Positions 1-10,229 of a DNA stretch of 61,731 nt are shown here, in pieces. The position numbers were made by a program, and so were the translations under genes. Location of the stretch: contig DATICE010000090.1 of the NCBI GenBank assembly GCA_035456985.1, positions 1 through 61,731 on the forward strand, read 5' to 3'. The notes under the pieces are model-generated. The model saw only the letters and a list, made by a program, of their open reading frames with translations, did not search any database and had not been told where the DNA came from. Source of the stretch: Burkholderiales bacterium. Its GTDB lineage: Bacteria; Pseudomonadota; Gammaproteobacteria; Burkholderiales; SG8-41. The stretch's first letter is position 1; the number at the start of each line of letters is the position of its first letter.

Positions 1-93
1 GTAGTACGCCTGCGCCTTTTTCAGGCACCCCGCGAGCCCGTTCAGGTGCTTGACGAAGACAGGGACGGAAATGGGGTACATCGAAACGGCCAT
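1..93 (-). CDS. DUF1993-like protein, first 31 codons only (gene runs off the left edge)
   Basis: Reverse-strand ATG at 93-91 is followed by MAVSMYPISVPVFVKHLNGLAGCLKKAQAYY, open to position 1. The N-terminus resembles the DUF1993 family as I remember it. The fragment is too short to appear in the ORF track. Confidence 0.5.
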   Translation of the reverse strand, partial: MAVSMYPISVPVFVKHLNGLAGCLKKAQAYY

Positions 94-289
94 GCTGGTC
101 CTCCCGTAGAGTGGGTCAGGCCGGCTATTCTAGCCTAAGACCTCAGCGGCACTGGCAGTCGTATTCCGGGCGCACCGGGCTGTTCCCATCCGACGAAAAC
201 CGCACTAGAATGTTTTACGACGCCGCGCATCACATAACCATAACTTGCCTCCGAGGGCGACGGCGCGATTTCCGAAGAAGGAGGGGGTC

Positions 290-760
290 ATGTCCCAGAT
301 GGTCACCACGACGCTGACCGTCAACGGCCGGCGTTATTCCGTCACCACGCTACCCGATACGCCGCTCCTGTGGGTGCTGCGTGAGCATCTGAAGTTGACC
401 GGCACCAAGTACGGGTGCGGGGCGGGCCAGTGCGGCGCGTGCACCGTGCACATAGACGGCAAGCCCAACTATGCCTGCCTGAACCCGATCAAGGACCTGG
501 CGGGGCGCAGCATTACCACAATCGAGGGCCTGTCCCCCGATTCGAGCCATCCCTTGCAGAAGGCATGGATCGCGGAGCAGGTGCCGCAGTGCGGCTACTG
601 CCAGTCCGGGCAGATCATGCGCGCGGCGGCATTGCTCGAGGAGAAGCCTCGGCCTACGCGCCAGGAGATTGTCGAATACATGAGCCCGAACATCTGCCGC
701 TGCGGGACGTACGTGAGGATAGTGCGCGCGATCGAACGCGCGGCCAAGGAGGCAGTATGA
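290..760 (+). CDS. (2Fe-2S)-binding small subunit of a molybdopterin hydroxylase (IorA / aldehyde oxidoreductase small-subunit type)
   Basis: Two Cys clusters are present: [10 protein letters not shown]...YAC and QCGYCQSG...CRCGTY. GAAGGAGG lies a few nt upstream of ATG 290. I judged the track start at 245 too early. Confidence 0.93.
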   Translation: MSQMVTTTLTVNGRRYSVTTLPDTPLLWVLREHLKLTGTKYGCGAGQCGACTVHIDGKPNYACLNPIKDLAGRSITTIEGLSPDSSHPLQKAWIAEQVPQCGYCQSGQIMRAAALLEEKPRPTRQEIVEYMSPNICRCGTYVRIVRAIERAAKEAV

Positions 761-3012
761 GCCGCAGAGCCAGGATTGCAGCAGCTCGCAACCAGCCGGT
801 CGAGATGGGTCGCCGCCGCTTCATGGCCGGGGCCGCCGGGTTGACGTTTGGCGTCGTCGCCGGATTGCCGGAGATGCTTGCTTACGGCAGCGCGCAGGCG
901 CAGACGGCGAAGCGGGTCGTGGTCAATCCGTATGTGACCCTCTACACGGACGGCACGGTCGCGATCCAGTCGCCCGCGGCCGAGATGGGGCAGGGGTCGC
1001 TCACTTCGCTGCCGCGGATCGTCGCGGACGAGATGGATGCGGACTGGTCGAAGGTCAGAATCGTGCCCGCCTATCCCAGTGGCAAGACCTACGGCAACCC
1101 GCTGTTCGGGGGCGAGCAGTACACCGCGGGCAGCGCTACGGTCACCGGATACTTCAATAGTCTGCGGCAGTTCGGCGCACAGGTGCGCTACGTGTTGGTC
1201 GAGAATGCGGCGCGCCACTGGGGCGTGCCGATGGCCGAGCTTTCCACGCAGCCGGGTGTGGTCCTGCATCAGAAGAGTGGCCGACGGCTCACTTATGGAG
1301 AGATCGCGGCGTTCGCGAAGATCCCGGCACAGGCGCCGGAGGTCGAGGTCGAGCCCGTTTCGAAGGCGCAGTTCCGTCTGGTCGGCAAGGACATCGGGCG
1401 CATCGACGTGCCGGGGAAGGTGAACGGCACCGCGCAATACAGCATCGATGTCCAGGTGCCGGGCATGATCTACGGCGCCATCCTGCGCGAGCCGGTGGAA
1501 GGCGCGGCGCCGGAGCGCATCGACGACAGTGCTGCGCGCGCGATCGAGGGCGTCATCCGCACCGTACCGCTCAAGTACGGCGTCGGCGTGCTGGCCGAGA
1601 CGCCCTGGGCGGCGTTCAAGGCGAAGAATGCGCTCAAGGTGACGTGGAGCCGCAATGCGAGGGGCTGGGGCTTCTCGAACGATAAGGGCTACGCGCAGTT
1701 CGCGGCGGTCGCCAGGGACTCGAGCAAGGGCGTCGCATGGGAGACCACGGGCGACGCAGCCGCCGCGATCGCAAAAGCGGCGACGGTCGCCGAGGGCGAG
1801 TACCGCGCCGACTACTGTTACCACGCCCAGATGGAGCCGCTCAACTCGGTCGCGGCCGTCTCACCGGCGGGCGATTCGGTGGAAGTCTGGGTCGGCACGC
1901 AGAGCCAGACGATCACGGTCGTGGCGGTGGCGAGGGCGCTGGGCATTCCGGTGGAGAAGGTGAAGTTCAACGGGCTCCTTCTCGGCGGCGGCTTCGGCCG
2001 GCGCGGCAACCGCGACGTAGAGTTCATCGTGGATTCCGTGTTGATGTCGAAGGCGGCGGGGCGGCCGGTCAAGGTCATGTGGACGCGCGAGGACGACGTG
2101 CACAACGGGCGCTTCCGCCCGCTCTACGTTAACCGCATGCGCGCGGGGCTCGACGCATCGGGGAAGATCGTCGCCTGGCACCATCGCGTCGTGTGCGACG
2201 AGGTGCTCGCGTTCATGGACCCGGTGCGCAATAAGATGACCAAGGGTCGGGACAACATCGCGATGCGCGGCACGGAGCTGCCGACCTACGCGATTCCGGA
2301 CCGTTTGACCGAGGGGATGCTGCAGGCGACCGGCATGCGCACGAACCCGCTGCGCGCCATCGGCGTCGGCCAAAACAGTTTTGCGAACGAGGTCTTCATT
2401 GACGAGCTCGCCGCGAAGCAGGGCATGGACCCGGTCGCATTCCGGCTGCGCCAGCTCGACACGACACCGCGGGCACAACGTGCCCGCCAAGTGATCGAGG
2501 AGGTCGCGACGATGGCCGACTGGGGCAGGCAGCGCCCGGGAAGGGGTCTCGGGATCGCCTATCTCGACTACTCCGGCTCGCAGCTCGCCGGCGTCGCCGA
2601 GATCTCGGTTGACCGGGGAAGCGGTGCGATCAAGGTACACAACTTCTGGTGCACGATCGACGTGGGTGTACCCATCCATCCGGACAACGTGGTGGCGCAG
2701 ACCGAGAGCTCGATCGTCTACGGACTCGGGCTCGCGCTGACCGAGCGCATCACCATCGCGGACGGGACGGTGCAGCAGTCGAATTTTTTCGACTACCAGG
2801 TGCCGCGGATGCGGGACATTCCGGAGATCCACATCAAGCTCATCCCGACCCGCAACCACCCGACGGGCGCTGGGCAGATGGCGGTGCCGCTGGTTGCGTC
2901 CGCGATCTCCAACGCGGTGTTCCGGCTGACCGGCGCGCGGCTGCGCCAGCAGCCGATGCTGCCCGAGCGCGTGAAGGTCGCGCTCGCCGAGGCGCAGACC
3001 CGAGCAGCGTAG
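757..3012 (+). CDS. Molybdopterin-binding large subunit (IorB-like, xanthine dehydrogenase/aldehyde oxidase family) with a twin-arginine signal
   Basis: ATG 757 overlaps the upstream stop (ATGA). The N-terminus [32 protein letters not shown] is Tat-like. The product is 752 aa. The track start at 415 is read-through in a frame that overlaps the small-subunit gene. Confidence 0.9.
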   Translation: MSRRARIAAARNQPVEMGRRRFMAGAAGLTFGVVAGLPEMLAYGSAQAQTAKRVVVNPYVTLYTDGTVAIQSPAAEMGQGSLTSLPRIVADEMDADWSKVRIVPAYPSGKTYGNPLFGGEQYTAGSATVTGYFNSLRQFGAQVRYVLVENAARHWGVPMAELSTQPGVVLHQKSGRRLTYGEIAAFAKIPAQAPEVEVEPVSKAQFRLVGKDIGRIDVPGKVNGTAQYSIDVQVPGMIYGAILREPVEGAAPERIDDSAARAIEGVIRTVPLKYGVGVLAETPWAAFKAKNALKVTWSRNARGWGFSNDKGYAQFAAVARDSSKGVAWETTGDAAAAIAKAATVAEGEYRADYCYHAQMEPLNSVAAVSPAGDSVEVWVGTQSQTITVVAVARALGIPVEKVKFNGLLLGGGFGRRGNRDVEFIVDSVLMSKAAGRPVKVMWTREDDVHNGRFRPLYVNRMRAGLDASGKIVAWHHRVVCDEVLAFMDPVRNKMTKGRDNIAMRGTELPTYAIPDRLTEGMLQATGMRTNPLRAIGVGQNSFANEVFIDELAAKQGMDPVAFRLRQLDTTPRAQRARQVIEEVATMADWGRQRPGRGLGIAYLDYSGSQLAGVAEISVDRGSGAIKVHNFWCTIDVGVPIHPDNVVAQTESSIVYGLGLALTERITIADGTVQQSNFFDYQVPRMRDIPEIHIKLIPTRNHPTGAGQMAVPLVASAISNAVFRLTGARLRQQPMLPERVKVALAEAQTRAA

Positions 3013-3030
3013 CGACAACCCGTTCGATCG

Positions 3031-3062
3031 CGCCATCGGCCCCCGGGCCGGTGGCGTTTTTT
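3031..3062 (+). terminator. Rho-independent terminator after the hydroxylase operon
   Basis: CGCCATCGGCC-CCCG-GGCCGGTGGCG forms an 11-bp stem with one G-U pair, followed by TTTTTT (3057-3062). Confidence 0.75.
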
Positions 3063-3071
3063 CCTGCGATC

Positions 3072-3722
3072 TCAGGGTTTCCGGGATTTTGTCTCGCGCA
3101 TCAGGAGCCCGGTGGTCGAGACCCTCAGCTCGAGCTCGGCGGGGCGCGTAACCGGCACGAAGGTCGCCGAGCCGTACTCGGTATCGAGCACCGGCGCGAT
3201 GAACGTGTAGCGCCGGCCGAGCGCGTACAGGTCCACCGGCTTGTCGCGCGCGAGCGCGTGCACGGTGCGCATCGCTTCCTTCTCATCCTTGATCGAGTGG
3301 TAGCGCCCCGCCACGCGGTCGATCTCGTAGGCGGTGTGGAGCCCGATCATGTTGGCGTAGGGGTGCCACTTCAGGATGTGCGCGTCCACGTAGATTTCGT
3401 CCCCGGCGAGCTCGTAGCTCGACTCGCGGCCGTCGGGGAAGCGGAAGGTTGCGAGAAAGCGCTGCTTGCCGGTGGGCTTCACGACGATATGCGCCGCCAC
3501 CTCCTCCCGCGTCAGCGCGCGGTAGCCCAGCATGCCCGCCGAGATCGAGCCGGCCAGCGTGCCGAGCGTGAGCAGGAGCAGACCGGCGATCACCCGGTAC
3601 GCGGACTGCTTGAGTTGCAGGTAGATGAACGAGCCGATTCCGGCAAGAATCAGCACCACGCCCAGAACGCCGAAGATCGCGGCGACAAGGAAGAGCGGGG
3701 CGTCGGTCAGTTCCGAGAACAT
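3072..3722 (-). CDS. Hypothetical membrane protein (two N-terminal TM helices plus a soluble domain)
   Basis: 216-aa ORF with good GC3 bias. Hydrophobic segments are LFLVAAIFGVLGVVLILAGIGSFIYL and VIAGLLLLTLGTLAGSISAGMLG. I recognised no family. Confidence 0.7.
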   Translation of the reverse strand: MFSELTDAPLFLVAAIFGVLGVVLILAGIGSFIYLQLKQSAYRVIAGLLLLTLGTLAGSISAGMLGYRALTREEVAAHIVVKPTGKQRFLATFRFPDGRESSYELAGDEIYVDAHILKWHPYANMIGLHTAYEIDRVAGRYHSIKDEKEAMRTVHALARDKPVDLYALGRRYTFIAPVLDTEYGSATFVPVTRPAELELRVSTTGLLMRETKSRKP

Positions 3723-3737
3723 GGCAGGGAGATATTA

Positions 3738-4079
3738 CTACGTGCAGAAACGGCCGACATTGACCAGGACATTCGACAGCCGCCCGTCGAGCGGGATGAG
3801 GATCGCCCGCGTGCGCCGGGTGCAGATCAGCCACGCGCGCGTCTCCCGCTCGCACACGAGATGCGGCTCGGTCTCGCGCGCGGCTCCCTTCGCATCGGTG
3901 AACTGCCTGCGGCCAGCAGTGCACGAGAACCCGAGCGCTTCCATCGCGGCCGGGACGTCCTTGAACGCAGAGCCCACCGGCGTGCGCGCCAGTATCGCCG
4001 CGCTTTCGGTGTCGATCTCGTCGCCACCCGCGTAGCCGCACGCGCCGAGCGCGACAACGAGCGCGGCGGCGCCGCTCAT
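3738..4079 (-). CDS. Small putative lipoprotein
   Basis: An internal start gives MSGAAALVVALGAC, which is lipobox-like. Its ATG overlaps the upstream GNAT stop by 4 nt. The 276-aa track ORF is an over-extension into the GNAT gene. Confidence 0.6.
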   Translation of the reverse strand: MSGAAALVVALGACGYAGGDEIDTESAAILARTPVGSAFKDVPAAMEALGFSCTAGRRQFTDAKGAARETEPHLVCERETRAWLICTRRTRAILIPLDGRLSNVLVNVGRFCT

Positions 4080-4801
4080 CCGCGGCATTTCAGGACGGAC
4101 GCGGTGAGGTCGGAGAGGCGCACGCGCTGGCGTCCCTCTCCATCGAAATTCCCGGGGTCGAGCCAGCGCTGGAACGCCCGCTCCAGCTGCGGCCATTCGT
4201 TGTCGATTGCGGCATACCACGCGGTGTCCCGGTTGCGCCCCTTGTAGACGACGGCCTGGCGGAAGACGCCCTCGAACGAGAATCCGAGCCTCTGCGCGGC
4301 GGTGCGCGAGGCAGCGTTCAGCGCATCGCACTTCCATTCGTAGCGCCGGTAGCCGAGCCCGAAGACGCGCTGCATCATGAGGTACATCGCCTCGGTCGCG
4401 GCGCGGCTGCGCTGGAGGAGCGGCGAGTAATTGATGTGGCCCACCTCGATCACGCCGTTCCCGGGATCGATGCGCATGTAGCTCGCGACCCCGCCCGGCT
4501 GCCGGGTTGCTCCGTCGATGATGACGTAAAACAACGGATCCTCCCCCACGCAGGAGGATTCCATCCACCGCCGGTAAGCCGCGAGCGTCGCGAAGGGGCC
4601 CGCGCCGAGGTAGGTGAAATTGCGGCCGCTCGGGTCGAGCGAGTTCGCGCGGTGAAGATCCTCGGCGTGGCGCGACGGCTCGATCGGCTCGATGCGGCAG
4701 TAGCGCCCCTCCATCGGCGAGCGCGGCGGATGCGGCGGCGCCTTCCAGCCCGGCAGGGGGAAGCCGATCGGCTGCCCGAGCTCGTTGTAGCCGGCGCTCA
4801 T
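4076..4801 (-). CDS. GNAT family N-acetyltransferase (RimJ/RimL-like)
   Basis: 241 aa. The acetyl-CoA-binding core looks like QRSRAATEAMYLMMQRVFGLGYRRYEWKCDALNAASRTAAQRLGFSFEGVFR. Confidence 0.85.
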   Translation of the reverse strand: MSAGYNELGQPIGFPLPGWKAPPHPPRSPMEGRYCRIEPIEPSRHAEDLHRANSLDPSGRNFTYLGAGPFATLAAYRRWMESSCVGEDPLFYVIIDGATRQPGGVASYMRIDPGNGVIEVGHINYSPLLQRSRAATEAMYLMMQRVFGLGYRRYEWKCDALNAASRTAAQRLGFSFEGVFRQAVVYKGRNRDTAWYAAIDNEWPQLERAFQRWLDPGNFDGEGRQRVRLSDLTASVLKCRG

Positions 4802-4808
4802 GAACCGC

Positions 4809-5582
4809 TCAGGACTGGAGCGGCGCAGGCATCACGAACCACGTTGACCGCGCCAAGGCGCGGCATTCTCCCGATTCTGAAAAGAGCGCCGTGCCGGTGA
4901 AGTGACGGCGCTCGTCGCGGGCGAGCTCCCAGCCGACGACGATGTAGCGATCACCGACGGTCAGCGGCAGGCGCTGAGACGCCGCCATCTCGCCCAGCAG
5001 CACGGGCACCTTGTCCGGAAACTCGAACGAAAATGCGCCAGGGCAATCGAGCGCGGACCATATGAACTCGGTGCGCACGCGTCCCTTCCCGCCGCCGAGC
5101 GACGCGTCGGGGACCCACGTACAGGCGACGACACCATTGCGAAGCGGCCCGGCGAAGATGCGCAGCCCGTCGCCGGCCGCCCGCTCCGGGCCGCAAACAA
5201 AGCACCCCGGGAACGGATGGGAGCGAAACCCGCGGTACGACCGCGACGCAGCCTCCGCTTGCGCGAGGGTCGGCGCCGCGGGAATGTCGAGCGACATCAC
5301 AGCCGGCCGCGCCCGTGCGACGACGGTCGAGCCCTGGACCAGTTCGAGGCTCGATCCCGATTCCGTGACCTGCATATCGGCATCGAGCGGCGGCGGGCCC
5401 TCCAGCCGTACCAGCGAGGACCCGGATACGTAACGCGCGAGCCGGCCGCAGACATACCCCCCGTTGCCCGAATCAGGCGGGCCGCGGAAGCGCCGCTCGA
5501 TCCGGATCGTCCGGGGGAGGGTCCTGGATTCGGATGGCCTGTTGGTCACGGGCTGCCCATCATCGGTCACCGGCCGCGTCAT
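4809..5582 (-). CDS. Hypothetical protein (possibly a hotdog/thioesterase-like fold)
   Basis: 257-aa ORF with coding-like composition. It abuts the next gene with 0 nt between them. The functional call is weak. Confidence 0.65.
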   Translation of the reverse strand: MTRPVTDDGQPVTNRPSESRTLPRTIRIERRFRGPPDSGNGGYVCGRLARYVSGSSLVRLEGPPPLDADMQVTESGSSLELVQGSTVVARARPAVMSLDIPAAPTLAQAEAASRSYRGFRSHPFPGCFVCGPERAAGDGLRIFAGPLRNGVVACTWVPDASLGGGKGRVRTEFIWSALDCPGAFSFEFPDKVPVLLGEMAASQRLPLTVGDRYIVVGWELARDERRHFTGTALFSESGECRALARSTWFVMPAPLQS

Positions 5583-5846
5583 CTAATGTTTATGTTGTTG
5601 CTGTTCTGCGGTGAGCGCCGCAATCACGCGCTGGCGCTTGACCTCGATCTCCTTCGCGAAGCCGGGGTAGCGCTGCTCGACGAAGCCCGTGGCGAGCCCG
5701 ATCTTGAGCAGCGCAACGGCGAGACAGGCGGAAAGGTCGTCGAGCTCGGGGCTCTTCCGGGCAAGCTGCATCGCCTCGCACGTCTCGTCGCAGAGCTGCT
5801 GCAGCGCTTTGGCGGTTTCCTGGTCGAAGAGGGATTCCATGGTCAT
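5583..5846 (-). CDS. Small hypothetical protein
   Basis: 87-aa ORF directly upstream of 4809-5582 on the same strand. It looks helical and acidic. No family recognised. Confidence 0.5.
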   Translation of the reverse strand: MTMESLFDQETAKALQQLCDETCEAMQLARKSPELDDLSACLAVALLKIGLATGFVEQRYPGFAKEIEVKRQRVIAALTAEQQQHKH

Positions 5847-5971
5847 ACGTGTCGCAGCACCCGGGAATTTACCGCATTAGCGGGCTTGCTGGACCGATAT
5901 TCTAACCGGAGTCACGCGGTCCATTGCCCTGTGTCACAATCGCGCATCATTTATCCGGAGAGGGAGTGATC

Positions 5972-6748
5972 ATGGAGTGGGGACTGCGGGGGAAGGTCGT
6001 GGCCATTACCGGCGGCAGCGAAGGCATCGGGGGCGCGACCGCGATGCGTTTCGGACAGGAGGGGGCGCGAGTGGCGATCTGCGCGCGGCGCGCCGACGTC
6101 ATGGAGAGCGCAGCCGAGGCAATCCGCAAGGCGACGGGAGCGGAGGTCATGACGGTGGTGGCGGACGCCGCGCAGGCGGAGGACATGCCGCGCTTCATCG
6201 AGGAGACGGTCCGGCGCTATGGGCGCATCGACGCGGTCGTGAACAATGCCGGCGGCACCGGGCAGCGCCCGTTCGACGTGGTGGACGACAAGGCCTGGCA
6301 GAACGACATCGACATCAAGGTGTTTGCGCAGATCCGCAGCGCGCGCGCCGCGATCCCTCACATGAAAAAGCAGGGCGGGGGCCGCATCATCAATCTCAAC
6401 ATGGTCGGCGCCAAGCAGCCGTTCGCGGGATCGTTTCCGACCACGATTTCGCGCGCCGCGGGGCTCGCGCTCACCAAGGCGCTGTCGAAGGAGCTCGCGC
6501 CGTTCAACATCCTGGTGAACGCCGTCGCGGTGGGCAAGATCAAGTCGAAGCAGCAGGAGAGGAATGCCGCTCGCGAGAACGTGAGCGTCGCCGACTTCTA
6601 CGGGAAGGTCGGCAAGACGGTGCCGCTCGGACGGATGGGCGAGGCGGAGGAGGTCGCGAACGTCATCGCGTTCCTCGCGTCCGACGCCGCGAGCTATGTG
6701 ACCGGCTGCTGCATCAACGTCGACGGAGGGCTCTCCGGAGTCCTCTGA
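5972..6748 (+). CDS. SDR-fold oxidoreductase-like protein with an atypical active site
   Basis: TGGSEGIG cofactor motif and NNAG are present. GGAGAGGGAG lies upstream of ATG 5972. By eye the positions that normally carry Ser/Tyr/Lys read NLNM...TTISR instead of S...YxxxK. Confidence 0.88.
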   Translation: MEWGLRGKVVAITGGSEGIGGATAMRFGQEGARVAICARRADVMESAAEAIRKATGAEVMTVVADAAQAEDMPRFIEETVRRYGRIDAVVNNAGGTGQRPFDVVDDKAWQNDIDIKVFAQIRSARAAIPHMKKQGGGRIINLNMVGAKQPFAGSFPTTISRAAGLALTKALSKELAPFNILVNAVAVGKIKSKQQERNAARENVSVADFYGKVGKTVPLGRMGEAEEVANVIAFLASDAASYVTGCCINVDGGLSGVL

Positions 6749-6783
6749 GCCGCCGTCAGGCTCGCCTTCTAATCCTGGAGTCG

Positions 6784-7995
6784 CTAGGGCCGCAATTCGG
6801 AGGCGTGGATCATCCAGTTGCCCCCGGCGGGGCCCTGTGAGGTCGCAACGATGCCGGTGGCCGAGTTGCGATCGTGCGTGCACGCACCCACGCCGGTGCC
6901 GGTCACGCGCCGGCGGATCACGGGATTGCCCGCGCAGTCACGCTTGAGGGCCGGGGGATCGATCGAAGCGAGCTCGATCGCGACGCAGCCGTCTCCCACC
7001 GTCCCCACCTGGAAGCTCGTATCGATGTGCGCCGGCGTGATCAGCGCAACCGGTGTTCCGTCGGCGGCGAGCGAGACGTCGGGCTGAAGGATCGTGTCAT
7101 TCCCGAGCTGTGTCGCCAGCGCGTGGTCGGCCAGCTTGCCCGCATGTCGCCAGGTCCAGGTCGCCGGCGCGCCGGCCGGGTTGGTCGCGAATACCTGCAT
7201 GCTGGAGTTGACGTAGTCGGGGGTCACTCCGACGAAGGCCAGGCATTCGACGATGAGGTACAGGGTCTGGTTGCGCGTGAAGAGGGTGGGATTGTTGAGC
7301 ATGGCGCAATGCGGGACCGGCAGGCCGGCGAGCTGGTCGAGGTACGCCAACGGGCCGTATACCGGTGCCGTGTTCGTAACGCCTAGCACCGTCTCTGGCG
7401 CGCTGGCGAGGCCTGCCGGCGAATCTGCCGCGCCGATCCGCACGTGCCAGCTCGTCGCGTATTTCGGGTTGTACCCGGTCTGCGGCCGCAGAAAGTAGCG
7501 CAGGTGCGCGCCGTACCACGTGGTGCCTCCGGCCGAGGTGATGGTCGCGAGGGATGCCGTTTCCGAGCTGATCCGCCCGTTCTCGCCGCTGCCTTCGGGA
7601 TCCAGCATGGGCACGTCGTCCCACAGCGTGCCGACGAGCGTGAACGTCATGCCGCCATCGTCGCTGCGCGCGAGACGGTTTTCCGCTGCAGCCATCAGGA
7701 CCGGGTTGCCGTTGGTGTCCACGCCTGCGACGACGTGCGGCCAGGTATAGGCGAGCCAGACTCGTCCCGGTACGTCGGGATCACTCGCGAGGGACGGATC
7801 GGCAAAGCCCTTGAACGTGCCGGGATTATTGTGCGGCATGTCTCCCGCGATCTGAATCACGTTGCAACTGCCGGTCGCCGAGCAGTTCGCCTCGGCAACC
7901 GCGGGCGGCGCGCCGCACGACACGGTGTCGTCGCCACCGCCACCGCTGCAGGCGGTGACGAGCAGGCACAAAAGCACCGAAATGCGTGTCGCCAT
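6784..7995 (-). CDS. Lipoprotein with a BNR/Asp-box motif (sialidase-like beta-propeller?)
   Basis: MATRISVLLCLLVTACSGG is lipobox-like. SDDGGMTF matches the Asp-box pattern SxDxGxTW. 403 aa. Confidence 0.72.
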   Translation of the reverse strand: MATRISVLLCLLVTACSGGGGDDTVSCGAPPAVAEANCSATGSCNVIQIAGDMPHNNPGTFKGFADPSLASDPDVPGRVWLAYTWPHVVAGVDTNGNPVLMAAAENRLARSDDGGMTFTLVGTLWDDVPMLDPEGSGENGRISSETASLATITSAGGTTWYGAHLRYFLRPQTGYNPKYATSWHVRIGAADSPAGLASAPETVLGVTNTAPVYGPLAYLDQLAGLPVPHCAMLNNPTLFTRNQTLYLIVECLAFVGVTPDYVNSSMQVFATNPAGAPATWTWRHAGKLADHALATQLGNDTILQPDVSLAADGTPVALITPAHIDTSFQVGTVGDGCVAIELASIDPPALKRDCAGNPVIRRRVTGTGVGACTHDRNSATGIVATSQGPAGGNWMIHASELRP

Positions 7996-8071
7996 GAGCC
8001 GCTACGATCGGAGGCAGGAAGACCCGGGATAGCTCAGTCTGTCTCCGGTTTCCCGATTTCCGGATTCTCGC

Positions 8072-9229
8072 TCAGATCTTGCAGAGGATTTCCGCGCCGC
8101 GGGCGAGCGTCTCTTCCGACTTGGCGAAGCAGAAGCGCAGCACCTTGTGATCCGGCGGCTTGCGGTAGAACGCGGAAATCGGGATCGAGGCGATGCCACG
8201 CTCTTTCGTGAGGCGGACGGCGAGATCGGCGTCGCGCTCGCTGCTGATCGCGTCATACGCGAGGTTCTGGAAGAAGGTGCCGCGCGAGGGCAGCGGCTTG
8301 AAGCGCGACGCCCGCACGCCCTGAAGGAAGAAATCGCGCTTCCTCTGGTAGAACGCGGCGAGCGAGAGGTAGGCGTCCCTGTTCTCCATGTATTCGGCGA
8401 GCGCGTGCTGGAGCGGGCCGTTGGTGACGAACACGTTGAACTGGTGCACCTTGCGGAATTCCGCCATCAGCTCCTTCGGCGCGAGCACGTAGCCCATCTT
8501 CCATCCGGTGACGTGGTAGGTCTTGCCGAAGGAGGAGACGACGAAGCTCCTCTCGGCGAGCCCGGGAAAGCGCGCGGCGCTCTGGTGGCGGTGGCCGTCG
8601 AACACGATGTGCTCGTAGACTTCGTCGCTCACCACCACGATGTCGGTGCCGCGCAGCATCCCCTCGAGCATCCGCATGTCCTCGCCCGAGAGCACGCTTG
8701 CCGTCGGATTGTTGGGCGTGTTGATGAGGATCATGCGCGTCTTCGGCGTGATCGCCTGCTGCACCCGCTGCCAGTCGATGCTGTAGTCGGGATAGCGCAG
8801 CTGGACGTAGACGGGGGTGCCGCCGCTCACCTCGATCGCGGGCGCATAGCTGTCGTAGGCGGGCTCGAACAGGATGACCTCGTCGCCGGGCCGCACCAGG
8901 GTCGCGACCGCATTGAAAATGCCGTAAGTCGCTCCCGGCGTGACGGTCACCTCGTGCTCGGGATCGTATCTCGTGCCATAGAGCGCCTCGACCTTCTCCG
9001 CGATGCGCTCGCGCAGCCGCATGACGCCCGCCATCGGCGGGTACTGGTTGAGCCCCGCGTTGAAATACTTGGTGACCAGGTCGCGCAGCTCTTTCGCGCA
9101 GTCGAAGTCCGGGAACCCCTGCGAGAGATTGATCGCGTTGTGCTCCTGCGCGAGCCGCGACATCACGGTGAAGATCGTGGTGCCGACATTGGGCAGCTTG
9201 GACGCGATCGGGCGCGGGAATGCGGGCAT
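8072..9229 (-). CDS. Class I/II PLP-dependent aminotransferase (YbdL/methionine aminotransferase-like)
   Basis: The start is trimmed to MPAFPRPIASKLPNVGTTIF. The PLP-lysine motif SSFGKTYHVTGWKMGY is present. 385 aa. Confidence 0.92.
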   Translation of the reverse strand: MPAFPRPIASKLPNVGTTIFTVMSRLAQEHNAINLSQGFPDFDCAKELRDLVTKYFNAGLNQYPPMAGVMRLRERIAEKVEALYGTRYDPEHEVTVTPGATYGIFNAVATLVRPGDEVILFEPAYDSYAPAIEVSGGTPVYVQLRYPDYSIDWQRVQQAITPKTRMILINTPNNPTASVLSGEDMRMLEGMLRGTDIVVVSDEVYEHIVFDGHRHQSAARFPGLAERSFVVSSFGKTYHVTGWKMGYVLAPKELMAEFRKVHQFNVFVTNGPLQHALAEYMENRDAYLSLAAFYQRKRDFFLQGVRASRFKPLPSRGTFFQNLAYDAISSERDADLAVRLTKERGIASIPISAFYRKPPDHKVLRFCFAKSEETLARGAEILCKI

Positions 9230-9279
9230 GGCGGCGGGCGGGCTGCGAGGCGGTATTCTATCAGCGCGCCATAGCGCGC

Positions 9280-10158
9280 TTATTGGCCGGCGACGGGCTG
9301 TGCCGCCGGGCGCCGCGCGAGGTAGGTGAAGTCGTTGATGTAGCCCTGCAGGCGCTCGGCGACAGCGGTGCGCTGGTGTGGCAGCAATATGCCGTACACC
9401 GCCGCATACAGGTCGGCCTGCTGCTGCGTCCACTCCCGGAACAGCCGGTCGTATTTAGGGTCGCGGCCTTCCTCCCAGTTGACGAGCCAGTGCCGCAGCC
9501 GTTTCGAAAACTGGGCGGCATCACCGCGCTGCGACATGAGCTGCAGGAACTCGCGCTGGCGCCGCATCCGGTCCTGGTGCCGCAGTCCGTGGACGAGCGG
9601 CAGCTCGGCGGCCCACGCCAGGATCTGCTGGTCCTGTGCGTCGTCCAGGTGGCCGACCCATTCGCGGATGCGCGAGAGCACGCGGCGGCTGGTCTCCCGC
9701 CGCTGCTCCTCTTCGTCCGCATCCAAACGGAACTCCCGGACGAAGCGCCGGTTGAGCCTGTCCCACCGTTCCTGGAGCGTCGCGAGCTGCCCGGGCGTGA
9801 TGCTCATCAGCATAACCGCGGCATCGTCGGCCGCGTACGCTGCGAGCGTGCGGTAGCGCGCCCGCACGCCCTCTGTCACCCACAGGGCATCCTCGCGCGT
9901 GAAACCGCGCTCGAGCCGCGCTTTGGTTTCGGCCAGGAATTTCGCGTAGTCCGGCAGCTGCTCGTAGCGGTGCCATTCGTGTAGGCGCACGAAGCGCCTG
10001 TTGAATTCCTGCCTCTGCTCCACGTCGAGATCGAAATATTCATCGGCGGTCCACCACGCGATCGTGTCGAGCTGGGGATAGCCCATGCGCATCATGCTGC
10101 AGCCCGCGAGCGCGGCGAGCATGAGCGCGAGCATGCTCGCCCGCGCTATTGCCGACAT
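9280..10158 (-). CDS. Putative lipoprotein (DUF6279-like)
   Basis: An internal start gives MSAIARASMLALMLAALAGC, which is lipobox-like. The protein is rich in R/E/W. The start is uncertain; alternatives are 10176 and 10215. Confidence 0.65.
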   Translation of the reverse strand: MSAIARASMLALMLAALAGCSMMRMGYPQLDTIAWWTADEYFDLDVEQRQEFNRRFVRLHEWHRYEQLPDYAKFLAETKARLERGFTREDALWVTEGVRARYRTLAAYAADDAAVMLMSITPGQLATLQERWDRLNRRFVREFRLDADEEEQRRETSRRVLSRIREWVGHLDDAQDQQILAWAAELPLVHGLRHQDRMRRQREFLQLMSQRGDAAQFSKRLRHWLVNWEEGRDPKYDRLFREWTQQQADLYAAVYGILLPHQRTAVAERLQGYINDFTYLARRPAAQPVAGQ

Positions 10159-10229
10159 TATCCGGTCACCGATCATGTGCCGCCTGCGTGCCCGCCACGC
10201 GCCTCCCGCCGGCAATCGTAGTCCAAGGG

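Noticed and set aside
415-756. 5' extension of the 865-aa track ORF. Similar extensions are 24238-26835 (865 aa), 26520/26864 starts, 30218 start, 38089-40572 (827 aa), 49603-51240 (545 aa), 52980-55685 (901 aa) and 55540 start.
   Set aside because: The extensions overlap neighbouring, well-supported genes and read as low-complexity Arg/Pro/Gly sequence. Internal starts with an SD, a signal peptide or a stop/start overlap give products of the family-typical length.
595-3036. Long reverse-strand ORFs (595-1824, 1861-3036) opposite the molybdopterin subunit gene. The same class includes 8147-9274, 23846-26017, 32756-34936, 33054-34742, 39924-42164, 44107-45744, 48859-50559, 53055-54812 and 55666-56805.
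   Set aside because: Their products are rich in Arg, Ala, Gly and His, have no recognisable motifs, and lie exactly antisense or out of frame to genes with clear family signatures. These are typical shadow ORFs of high-GC DNA, where stop codons are rare.
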